A stretch of DNA of 64,000 nt from Candidatus Dormiibacterota bacterium. Its GTDB lineage: Bacteria; Chloroflexota; Dormibacteria; Aeolococcales; Aeolococcaceae. The stretch lies in assembly GCA_963777445.1 (NCBI GenBank), contig CAVZQR010000017.1, forward strand, positions 197,226 through 261,225, written 5' to 3'. Positions within the stretch are counted from its first letter, which is position 1, and each line of letters begins with the position of its first letter. Of the stretch, positions 51,453-60,137 are shown one piece after another. Below the pieces are notes generated by a model. That model saw nothing but the letters and a program-made list of their open reading frames with translations, ran no database searches and was not told the DNA's origin. Position numbers and translations under genes: made by a program.

Positions 51453-52268
51453 TCAGGACGAGGTCGCCTCCCAGCGGGCCTGCCAGCCCGCGTCGTCGAG
51501 GTCGTGCAGGTCGACGCCGTCCAGGCGAGCACGCGCCTCCAGCGCCCGGAATCGCGTCGCGAACCCCATGGCACGGCCGCGCAGCGCCTCCTCGGGATTG
51601 ACCCGCAGGCGTCGCGCCAGCGCGACGACCGCGAAGAGCAGGTTGCCGATCGCGACCTCGGGGTCGCCCGCTTCCGCCGCCCAGTCCTCGCCGCGCTCCG
51701 CCTCCGCCAGGCCGCCGGCGATCTCCTCGACCCCTGCGAGCGCCGCCCTCACCCCGTCGAGCGCGACCGGAACGGTCGGGGTCTCGTCGAAACCGATGCG
51801 CGCGGGGCGCTTCTGGACTCCCTGAGCGTGGGCGAGCGCAGGCAGCGCCGCCGGCACTCCGTCGAGGAGTGACAGCCGCTCGCGCTTCTCCGCGGTCTTG
51901 AGCTTCTCCCAGTTGACGACCACGCTCGCGGGACCGTCCACGGCAACGTCGCCGAACACGTGGGGATGCCGGTGAATCATCTTCGCGCGCACATCGTCGG
52001 CGACGTCGCCGATGTCGAAGCCGCCGTCCGCCTCCATCGCGATCGCGCTGTGCATGAGCACCTGGAGCAGCAGGTCACCGAGTTCCTCACGGAGCGTCCC
52101 CGGCTCGACGTTGTCGATGGCCTCGAGCACCTCATAGGTCTCCTCGAGGAGGTACGGGCGGAGGCTCCGATGCGTCTGCTCGCGATCCCAGGGGCATCCA
52201 CCCGGTGCGCGCAGACGCTCCACCACCTCGTTGAGCGCTCGGAGCGAGTCGACCGCCTGGTCACGCAT
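51453..52268 (-). CDS. mazG: Nucleoside triphosphate pyrophosphohydrolase MazG (tandem MazG domains)
   Basis: LRAPGGCPWDREQTHRSLRPYLLEETYEVLEAID...ELGDLLLQV...IHRHPHVF. The second domain has EVAIGNLLFAVVALARRLRVNPEEAL. The ATG overlaps the mfd stop by 8 nt. Confidence 0.85.
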   Translation of the reverse strand: MRDQAVDSLRALNEVVERLRAPGGCPWDREQTHRSLRPYLLEETYEVLEAIDNVEPGTLREELGDLLLQVLMHSAIAMEADGGFDIGDVADDVRAKMIHRHPHVFGDVAVDGPASVVVNWEKLKTAEKRERLSLLDGVPAALPALAHAQGVQKRPARIGFDETPTVPVALDGVRAALAGVEEIAGGLAEAERGEDWAAEAGDPEVAIGNLLFAVVALARRLRVNPEEALRGRAMGFATRFRALEARARLDGVDLHDLDDAGWQARWEATSS

Positions 52269-55200
52269 GGGCGTTCTGCGCGGCAACCGGTTCGCGCTGG
52301 CGAGCGCGGGCAAGGCGGCCCAGCTCGCGCAGCACCGGAGTGAGCGTGGTCTGCCAGGCGTCTCCCAGGTGCAACTGGGACGGCGTGGCGGTGATCGCGC
52401 GGAACTGCGCCGCCACGCTCTGGAGGTCGAGCCCGTGGTCCAGGGTGAGGCGGATGACCACGCCGCGACCGCTCTCGGTGTCGACGCCGAGCGCACCCGC
52501 GGCGGCGGCGAGCAGGCGGATGCGCAGCGAGTCGATCAGCGCCGAGGTCGGCGCGGGCATCGGGCCGAATCGATCGACGAGTCCGCGTGCACGCTGTTCC
52601 AGCTCGGACTCGCTGACGCATGCGGCGAGCTCCTGGTAGCAGCGCAGGCGCAGACGCTCGTCGGACACGTAGTCGGCGGGGAGGAACGCGGCAACCGGGA
52701 GCGTGACGGTGACCTGGGCCGGCGATTCCAGCACAGGCCTGCCCTGCAGCGACGTCACCGCGTCGGCGAGCAGATGGTTGTACAGCTCGAGCCCCACTGC
52801 GGCGATCTCCCCGTGCTGCTCCTCGCCCAGCAGGTTGCCGGCGCCGCGGATCTCGAGGTCGCGCATCGCGAGCTTGAATCCCGCGCCGAGGTCCTGCAGA
52901 TCGCCGATCACGTCGAGGCGCTTGTCGGCCTTTTCGGTGAGCGACCTCGCCGGCGGATACATCATGTAGGCGTAGGCACGTTGCCCGGCACGTCCCACGC
53001 GTCCGCGCAGCTGATAGAGCTGGGCGAGACCCAGCCGGTGCGCATCATCGATGACGATGGTATTCGCGTTCGGAATATCGAGACCGGATTCGATGATGGT
53101 GGTGCACAACAGCACATCGATCTCGCCGTCGCCGAAGCGGCGCATCACCGAGGCGAGCATGCCCTCGGGCATCTGCCCGTGTGCGACCTCGATGCGGGCT
53201 TCCGGGACGAGCGCACGGAGCCGCTCGGCGATGGCCTCGATGCCCGCAACCCGGTTGTGCAGAAAGAAACATTGACCGCCGCGCGCCAGCTCACGGGTGA
53301 TCACCTCGCGGATGAGCGAGTCCTCGCGCGCCGTGACGTACGTCTTGATGGGCTGGCGTTCCTCGGGGGGCGTCTGAATGACCGAGAGATCGCGGATGCC
53401 CGCGAGCGACATGTGCAGCGTGCGCGGAATCGGCGTCGCCGAGAGCGACAGCACATCCACCGCGACGCGCAGCTCCTTGAACCGCTCCTTCTGGAGCACG
53501 CCGAAACGCTGCTCCTCGTCGATGACGACAAGTCCGAGGTTCTTGAATTCGACGTCCTTCTGGAGGAGGCGATGGGTCCCGACCACGATGTCGACAGCTC
53601 CGCTGCGCAGCCCCGCAAGCGTGCGCGCGATGTCCTCGTCGTTCACAAATCTCGACAGCTGGCGCACCGTGATCGGGAAGGCCGCGAGCCGCTCCGTGAA
53701 CGTGATGAAGTGCTGCTGGCAGAGCACCGTCGTCGGCACGAGCATCGCGACCTGACGGCCCTCGATGGCGGCCTTGAACGCGGCCCTGATCGCCAGCTCG
53801 GTCTTGCCGAATCCGACGTCGCCGCACACCACGCGATCCATCGGGCGGGAGGCCTCCATGTCGCGCTTGATCTCCTCGAGCACGAGCACCTGGTCGGGCG
53901 TTTCCTGATATGGGAACGAGCCCTCCAGCTCCTGTTGCCAGGCGCCGTCGGGTGCATATGCGTGGCCCTGCGCATGCTCGCGGCGCGAGTAGAGGCCGAG
54001 CAGCTCGCGAGCCACCTCCTCGGTGCGCTCCTTGACCCTGCGTCGCACCCGCTCCCATTCGCCGCTGCCGAGGCGTGACAGCTTGGGATGCAACTCGGCG
54101 CCGCCCACATAGCGGTCGACGCGGTCGAGATGCTGTGTCGGCACGAAGAGCCGGTCGCCTTCCGCGTACTCCAGGAGCATGTACTCGTGCACCGCGCCGC
54201 CGTCATCGGTAACCGCGCGCATCTCGACGAACCGGGAGATTCCGTGATCGCGATGCACCACCAGGTCCCCGGGAGCGAACTGGAGCACGAAGGCCTCGCG
54301 CGCGGCATTGCCGCTGGCGGCACGGCGTGCGCCGCGCGCCGACGTCGACACCGCACGGCGCGATCCCCTGGCGAGCACCGAGCGACGCCGCTTGACGGCA
54401 CCGAAGAGCTCGGCATCGGTGTACACGTGCACCGACCCGTCGGCGATGGCGAATCCCTGGGTGAGGTCGGCCGATGCGACCAGGATCGCGCTTGCCGGCA
54501 GCGGCGTCGACGCTGCCGAGAAGTCCGGCGCATCCACCGTGTCAGCTCCCTGCTCGGCGGCGAGCTCCTCGACGCGGTGCTGCTGCCGCGAGACCACGAG
54601 CACACTTCCGCGTTCGTCGCGCTCGTGAATCGCCTCGCGAACGAAGGCATCGAAGCGGCCCACATAGCTCTCCACGCCGCGCCATCCGAGGTCGGCCACC
54701 GGCACCACCCCGGTCGCTGCTTCGCGCACCAGATCGAAGCACGGAGACCGATCCAGGGTCTTGAACAGGACCTCGACGTCGACCAGGCCGGCCGCCGCCC
54801 CGGGCGGGAGCTCGCCCCTCGTCTCCTCCTGCACCCGGAGGTCCTCGATCTCGGCAGCATGCCGCTCGGCGGCGGCGATGAGGCGCTCGCGCCCCCCGTC
54901 GAGCAGGACGATGGGATTGTCGAGGTGGTCGAGGAGTGTCGAAGGACGCTCGTCGCCGAGGTACGGGAAGAACAGGTCGAGACCCTCTTCATAGACGCCC
55001 AAGGCCAGCAACTCGCAATCGCTCTCCCACTGCTCGCGGACGTCGTCGCGCAGACGGGCCGCGTCGAGAGCCGCAACCGAGGCAAGGGCGCGGCTCACCG
55101 ACTCGCGGCTGAGGTCGAGCTCACGGGCCGGCCACACCTGAGCCGTTTCGAGCTTGGCGATCAACTCCTGGGTGGCCGGATCGAAGGCGCGAAGGTCCTC

Positions 55201-55827
55201 GACATCGTCGCCGAACCATTCGGCGCGCCAGGGACGGGCCCGGTCGACCCCGAACACGTCCACGATGCCGCCGCGAACCGCGAAGTCGCCGGGGACGGAG
55301 ACGGCGCTTTCGCGCCGGTACCCGAGTTCCACGAGACGCGCCACGAGGGTGTCACGGGGAAGGCGCACGCCACGTTTGACCTCGGTGAGTCCCGCCTCGA
55401 CCACCTTCCGAGACAACGTCGGCCGCAGCAGGCCGCGCGGTGAGGCCACCACCATCAGGGGCTCGGCGCGCGCATGGAGCCGCATCAAGGTCGCGAGCCG
55501 CGCCCGGGTCACCTCCTCGGACGGGGGCACCCGGTCGAACGGCGGGGTATCGCCCGCCGGGAAGATCGCCGCTCCGTTGCCGCCGTCCCACACGAGCGAG
55601 TCCGCGTAGACGCGCTCGGACTCGGCCGCGACGACCAGGACCGTCCGGGAGGTCGTCTCGCGCAGCCACCATGCGATCAGGCCGACCGCCCCGGAGGGGA
55701 CTCCTGCCACGACGCCGCCACGGGCGTCACCGAGCCAGGAGAGTTCGGGCACCTGATCGAGGCGTTCCCGGAGCGTCAGGGACGCCACCGCGGTCGGGGT
55801 GAGGCGGGGGTCAGTCCGTGCCGGCAC
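52261..55827 (-). CDS. mfd: Transcription-repair coupling factor
   Basis: 1,188 aa. UvrB-homology N-terminus, RNAP-interaction region (GDLVVHRDHGISRFVEM), superfamily-2 helicase motifs (VCGDVGFGKTELAIRAAF; VVIDEEQRFGV; SATPIPRTL; QLRGRVGR) and a TRG motif. Confidence 0.95.
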   Translation of the reverse strand: MPARTDPRLTPTAVASLTLRERLDQVPELSWLGDARGGVVAGVPSGAVGLIAWWLRETTSRTVLVVAAESERVYADSLVWDGGNGAAIFPAGDTPPFDRVPPSEEVTRARLATLMRLHARAEPLMVVASPRGLLRPTLSRKVVEAGLTEVKRGVRLPRDTLVARLVELGYRRESAVSVPGDFAVRGGIVDVFGVDRARPWRAEWFGDDVEDLRAFDPATQELIAKLETAQVWPARELDLSRESVSRALASVAALDAARLRDDVREQWESDCELLALGVYEEGLDLFFPYLGDERPSTLLDHLDNPIVLLDGGRERLIAAAERHAAEIEDLRVQEETRGELPPGAAAGLVDVEVLFKTLDRSPCFDLVREAATGVVPVADLGWRGVESYVGRFDAFVREAIHERDERGSVLVVSRQQHRVEELAAEQGADTVDAPDFSAASTPLPASAILVASADLTQGFAIADGSVHVYTDAELFGAVKRRRSVLARGSRRAVSTSARGARRAASGNAAREAFVLQFAPGDLVVHRDHGISRFVEMRAVTDDGGAVHEYMLLEYAEGDRLFVPTQHLDRVDRYVGGAELHPKLSRLGSGEWERVRRRVKERTEEVARELLGLYSRREHAQGHAYAPDGAWQQELEGSFPYQETPDQVLVLEEIKRDMEASRPMDRVVCGDVGFGKTELAIRAAFKAAIEGRQVAMLVPTTVLCQQHFITFTERLAAFPITVRQLSRFVNDEDIARTLAGLRSGAVDIVVGTHRLLQKDVEFKNLGLVVIDEEQRFGVLQKERFKELRVAVDVLSLSATPIPRTLHMSLAGIRDLSVIQTPPEERQPIKTYVTAREDSLIREVITRELARGGQCFFLHNRVAGIEAIAERLRALVPEARIEVAHGQMPEGMLASVMRRFGDGEIDVLLCTTIIESGLDIPNANTIVIDDAHRLGLAQLYQLRGRVGRAGQRAYAYMMYPPARSLTEKADKRLDVIGDLQDLGAGFKLAMRDLEIRGAGNLLGEEQHGEIAAVGLELYNHLLADAVTSLQGRPVLESPAQVTVTLPVAAFLPADYVSDERLRLRCYQELAACVSESELEQRARGLVDRFGPMPAPTSALIDSLRIRLLAAAAGALGVDTESGRGVVIRLTLDHGLDLQSVAAQFRAITATPSQLHLGDAWQTTLTPVLRELGRLARARQREPVAAQNAHA

Positions 55828-56386
55828 GGTTCCAGAAGTTCATTGCCGCGGCGACGCCGTCGCGCATGATGGCGACCGCCATCTCCGCGGCACGCGTGAT
55901 CGCCGCGTCCGCCTTGGCCCGCTCCTCCGGAAGGAACGGGTCGAGCACGTGCTCGATCAGGTCATTGCTGTCGCCGTCCCGTCCAATCCCGATGCGGATG
56001 CGGGGAAACGCGTCAGTGCGCCAGGAATCGACGAGCGACTGCACTCCACGATGGCCGGCCGCACTGCCGCCGAGCTTGATCTTCACGCGTCCAAGCGGGA
56101 AATCCGCCTCGTCGTGAATGACGATGACGTCACCCGGCGTCGCGCCGTGCTTGCTGCTGAGCTGCGCCGCCGCTCTGCCACTGAGATTCATGTAGGTGTG
56201 CGGTCGAGCGGTGAGGACGTCATAGCCGTCGATGGTTCCCTCTCGAACGCGCGATACCCCCTCACGCCGCTCGCGGCCGAACTTGCCGCGGCGCTCGAGC
56301 TCGTCAAGGCACATCCACCCGACATTGTGCCGGGTGCGCGCATATTCGCCTCCCGGGTTGCCCAGGCCGATGATCAACTGGGTCAC
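55811..56386 (-). CDS. pth: Peptidyl-tRNA hydrolase
   Basis: LIIGLGNPGGEYARTRHNVGW...TYMNLSG...VIHDEADFPLGRVKIKLGGSAAGHRGVQS is the canonical Pth sequence. Overlaps mfd by 17 nt. Confidence 0.92.
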   Translation of the reverse strand: MTQLIIGLGNPGGEYARTRHNVGWMCLDELERRGKFGRERREGVSRVREGTIDGYDVLTARPHTYMNLSGRAAAQLSSKHGATPGDVIVIHDEADFPLGRVKIKLGGSAAGHRGVQSLVDSWRTDAFPRIRIGIGRDGDSNDLIEHVLDPFLPEERAKADAAITRAAEMAVAIMRDGVAAAMNFWNRAGTD

Positions 56387-56388
56387 GA

Positions 56389-56838
56389 CTACCCGGTGAG
56401 CGCGCTGGTCTGGAGGTCGGGGACGTCGGCGCCGGGCAGCAGCATCCGGGTCGCGGCGGTCATCACGGCGGCCGGCTCGGGCAGAGCGTGGTCGTGCCCC
56501 AGGCAGTGGAGCAATCCGTGCACGGCGAGCAGGCGGAGCTCCGCGACGCCGTCGGGCGCCTGGCCGATCGCCCGCTCCACCGAGATGGCCACGTCCCCGA
56601 CACGGGCGCGCTCGCCGGCCGGAAACGCGAGGACATCGGTCGGTGCGTCGACCCCGAGAAAGCGGTCGTTGAGATCCCGCAGCTCCGCGTCATTGGTCAG
56701 ACGCAGACACAGGCCGGCACGGACCGGCACGCCGAGGCGATCTCCGCAGGCGCGAAGCAGCGTGTCGAGGTGGGCGTCCGCGGCAGCACGACGCTGCCGC
56801 GGGCTGAGGCATTGATCGCGGATGACGCTCACCCGCAC
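56389..56838 (-). CDS. ybeY: rRNA maturation endoribonuclease YbeY
   Basis: ...TDVLAFP... and the zinc motif AVHGLLHCLGHDH (HxxxHxxxxxH). GTG start at 56838, just after the rpsU stop. Confidence 0.85.
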   Translation of the reverse strand: MRVSVIRDQCLSPRQRRAAADAHLDTLLRACGDRLGVPVRAGLCLRLTNDAELRDLNDRFLGVDAPTDVLAFPAGERARVGDVAISVERAIGQAPDGVAELRLLAVHGLLHCLGHDHALPEPAAVMTAATRMLLPGADVPDLQTSALTG

Positions 56839-56851
56839 GGGCGCAGCTGCG

Positions 56852-57034
56852 TCAGGTGCTCTTGACGCGACGCTTCCGCGCTGCAAGCAGCTTTCGCTTG
56901 CGGCGCACGGACGGCTTCTCGTAATGCTCGCGTCTGCGAACCTCGGAGAGGATGCCGTTCTGCTTGATCTTCTTGTTGAACCGTCGTAGCGCGCTCTCAA
57001 AGGTCTCGCCTTCGCGGACCTTCACTTCCGACAC
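56852..57034 (-). CDS. rpsU: 30S ribosomal protein S21
   Basis: (V)[61 protein letters not shown] at 57046-57052 favours the GTG at 57034. The ORF-track ATG at 57070 would place the SD inside the gene. Confidence 0.85.
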   Translation of the reverse strand: MSEVKVREGETFESALRRFNKKIKQNGILSEVRRREHYEKPSVRRKRKLLAARKRRVKST

Positions 57035-57161
57035 GGTCGGAATCACCTCCTTTCGACTGGGACCGCGCATCAGGAGCGCGGACCTTGAATTCTACCTTGA
57101 CTCCTCATCACCGAGGAGCGCGACAGCCTGCTGTCGCCCACCCGGCCCAGAATCGACCCCG

Positions 57162-60032
57162 ATGACCGAACTCGCGCTGTCGGAGACACCCGCCGCCGCA
57201 CTCGACGATGAGCAGCGCGTCGCGGTCGAGCATGGAGACGGGCCATGCCTCGTGATCGCCGGGCCGGGGAGCGGCAAGACGCGGATCATCGTGGAGCGCT
57301 TCCACAGACTTTCCGCGCTGGGCGCCGGGAGGCAGCTGGTGCTCACCTACACCCGCAAGGCGGCGGACGAGATGCGAGCCCGCGTGGAGCGGGCGCACGG
57401 GTCATTCGGTGACGACGCCCCGCTCACCAACTACCACTCATTCGGCCTCCGGGTCGTGCGCGAGTGGGGCTGGCTGCTCGGGATCTCCCCGGTGCTCCGC
57501 ATCGCCGATGCCGCCGAGCGCTGGTTGCACGTGGAAGCTGTCCTCGACGAGTTGCGCCCCCCACTGCTCTGGAACCCGTTGCGGCCGCACGACCTCATGG
57601 ACCCGCTCCTCGACGTCATCGGGACGGCAAAGCAGGAGTTGGTGACGCCCGACGCCTACGCCGCATGGGCGGTGGCGCGTCTCCAGGGGTGCGACGACCC
57701 TGCCGAGCGGGTGGTGCTGGAACGCCACCAGGACGTCGCCCGCGTGTATGCACGGCTCGACGAGCGCTACCGGCGCGCCGGCGTGTTCGACTTCGACGAC
57801 TGCATTCTCTACGCGGAGCGGCTGATCCGCGAGCAACCCGCGGTGCGCGGCGCAGTTGCGGATCGCATCACCCACGTGATGGTGGACGAGTACCAGGACA
57901 CCAACTACGCGCAGGCGAAGCTGGTCGAAACGCTCGTCGCCGGGCATCGCAACCTCTTCGTCGTCGCGGACGACGACCAGTCGATCTACAAGTTCCGCGG
58001 TGCCAGCCGCGCCAACCTCGACCGCTTCACCCGCGAGTACCCCGAGCATCGCCAGCTCGTGCTCACCCACAACTACCGGAGCACCGACCAGATCGTTGCC
58101 GCGTCGCGCGCCGTCATCGCGGTCGCCAGCCCTGCCACGCGCATCGACAAGCAGTTGATCGCGGATCGCGGACCGGGCGCCGCCGTGGAGGTGTGGCGCG
58201 CCCCCGAGGAGCGCAGCGAGGCGATGGCGGTGGCACGCGAATGCGCCCGCCTCATCGCCGCAGGCACGCGGCCCGCCGACATCGCGTGGCTCTTCCGTCA
58301 GCACGTCGACATGCAGCCCGCGATGCGCGCGCTGCGTCAGTGCGGCGTGCCCTACCAGGTTGCCGGGGGGCGCGGATTCTTCCAGGAGCGCGAGATCAAG
58401 GACGCGCTCGCGCTGCTCGCCGCCATCGAGGATCCCGATGATTCGCAGGCGGTGCTGCGCTGTCTCACCCTCCCCGGCTGGGGCGTCACCACCAACGGCC
58501 GTGTCGCGCTCGTACGTGCGGCACACCATCACGACGTGCCCCTGGTCGCGCTCATCGTCGATGCCGGCGTCGAGGACCTCGACGGCACCGACCTGACGGC
58601 GGCGCAGCAATGCGTTCGGGATATTCACGAGCTCCACGCCGCATCGCTCCGCGAGGACGTCCGTGACCTGTTCCAGCTGGCACTCGAGGCGAGCGGATTC
58701 CTCGGCATCATCGACGAGCAGTCCGGCGTCGCGAGGCTGCAGATGGGCGCAAATCTCAACAAGCTCGGTGAGCTGCTGGAGACCTTCGCCGACTGGAGTG
58801 ACGACCGGCGGGTCAGCACCGCGCTCCGCTATCTCGGCGTGCTCCGGGACAGCCACGAGGGCGGCGAGCTCCCCAGCATCGAGGCGATCGAGGATGGTGT
58901 CGTGCTGCTCACCGCGCATGGCTCAAAGGGACTGGAGTGGCCCATCGTGTTTCTTTCACGTTGCACCGAGCGCCGCTGGCAGGGACGCACCAAGTCGTCG
59001 TCCGACCTGCAGCTCCCGGATGATCTCGTCCCTGAGCCGCCGCCGCCCGGCGACGTCGCCGTCGACGAGGAACGCCGCCTCTTTTACGTGGCGTCGACGC
59101 GCGCCCGAGACCGCCTCGTGTACACGTGGGCGCGGTCGTATCCACAGCCGTCGAGCGAGGAATCGTGCACGCCATTTCTCACGATGGCGATGTCGCTGCG
59201 CGGCGGCTCGGTGCTGTCGAGGGAGATGCCCGCGGACAGCACGGTCGCCCTGCGGGCTCCGCGCCCCACAGGCCCTCCCGTCCTCCAGCGCCTCTCGATC
59301 GCGGTGTCCGACCTCGGGGTCTTCAGGAGTTGCCCGCGCCGCTACAACTACCTGCGACGCTGGCACCTGCCGGTCCGGCCTGATGCACGGAGCTGGTACG
59401 GAACGTTGATTCACGAGGTGTTGCGCTCGGCGGCAACACGGCGGATGGCCGGTGAGGCCGTCAGCGCCGACATGATCGCATCGATGTGGGAGGCCGCCTG
59501 GGATCAGTCGCGCGGCCCGAAGGGACGCCATGCCGAGTTGCGGGCGCACGGCGAGGAGCAGCTGCGACGCTATCTCGAATCACCCGGCTGGACCGACACG
59601 ACCATCGACCAGGTCGAGGAGCCGGTGACGATCAGCCTCGACCACGCGGACGCCGCGGGCCGCTTCGACCGCGTCGACACGCGGGCAGACGGCATTCCGA
59701 CAGTCGTCGACTACAAGACCGGCCGTCCGAAGGATGAGGGGGCATTGCGTTCGGACCTGCAGCTGCGTGCCTATGCGGTCGGTCTCGCGCAGCGCGAGCA
59801 GGCCGATGAGGTCGCAGTCGAGTTCCACTACCTGCAGGGCTCGGTCACGCGCGTCATCGCCGACAAGGGATTCCTGCGCAAGGCGCACGGCCATCTCTCG
59901 GCCACGGCACGCGAACTCGCGCTGGCGTCCAGCACCGGGTCGTTCCCGCCGAAGCCATCGCGCTGGCAGTGTCAGCGTTGCGATTTCCGGACGGTGTGCG
60001 ACGAGGGACGAGCGGCCACGACCGCTGAATAG
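57162..60032 (+). CDS. UvrD/PcrA-type SF1 helicase fused to a C-terminal PD-(D/E)XK (Cas4/AddB-like) nuclease with a four-Cys Fe-S motif
   Basis: Helicase motifs are AGPGSGKT, VMVDEYQDTN, VVADDDQSIYKFRGA, THNYRS, LLTAHGSKGLEW and YVASTRARDRL. Nuclease motifs are GRFDRVD, VVDYKTG and QLRAYA. The Cys ligands are FRSCPRRY ... WQCQRCDFRTVC. Confidence 0.85.
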   Translation: MTELALSETPAAALDDEQRVAVEHGDGPCLVIAGPGSGKTRIIVERFHRLSALGAGRQLVLTYTRKAADEMRARVERAHGSFGDDAPLTNYHSFGLRVVREWGWLLGISPVLRIADAAERWLHVEAVLDELRPPLLWNPLRPHDLMDPLLDVIGTAKQELVTPDAYAAWAVARLQGCDDPAERVVLERHQDVARVYARLDERYRRAGVFDFDDCILYAERLIREQPAVRGAVADRITHVMVDEYQDTNYAQAKLVETLVAGHRNLFVVADDDQSIYKFRGASRANLDRFTREYPEHRQLVLTHNYRSTDQIVAASRAVIAVASPATRIDKQLIADRGPGAAVEVWRAPEERSEAMAVARECARLIAAGTRPADIAWLFRQHVDMQPAMRALRQCGVPYQVAGGRGFFQEREIKDALALLAAIEDPDDSQAVLRCLTLPGWGVTTNGRVALVRAAHHHDVPLVALIVDAGVEDLDGTDLTAAQQCVRDIHELHAASLREDVRDLFQLALEASGFLGIIDEQSGVARLQMGANLNKLGELLETFADWSDDRRVSTALRYLGVLRDSHEGGELPSIEAIEDGVVLLTAHGSKGLEWPIVFLSRCTERRWQGRTKSSSDLQLPDDLVPEPPPPGDVAVDEERRLFYVASTRARDRLVYTWARSYPQPSSEESCTPFLTMAMSLRGGSVLSREMPADSTVALRAPRPTGPPVLQRLSIAVSDLGVFRSCPRRYNYLRRWHLPVRPDARSWYGTLIHEVLRSAATRRMAGEAVSADMIASMWEAAWDQSRGPKGRHAELRAHGEEQLRRYLESPGWTDTTIDQVEEPVTISLDHADAAGRFDRVDTRADGIPTVVDYKTGRPKDEGALRSDLQLRAYAVGLAQREQADEVAVEFHYLQGSVTRVIADKGFLRKAHGHLSATARELALASSTGSFPPKPSRWQCQRCDFRTVCDEGRAATTAE

Positions 60033-60137
60033 CCCGCCCGTCGCCGGCGGTCCCCACGTCATCAACTCCGTGGAGAACCGTCTGATACTGGAACGCCCGC
60101 CGCGGACCCGGCACGGCACCGGGTCCATGATCAATCC

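Noticed and set aside
52231-55443. 615-aa and 451-aa plus-strand ORFs (52231-54078, 54088-55443) and the 480-aa minus alt-frame ORF 53643-55085
   Set aside because: All overlap mfd, whose frame is validated by full-length helicase and TRCF motifs. The alternates are Arg/Ala/Pro-rich without motifs.
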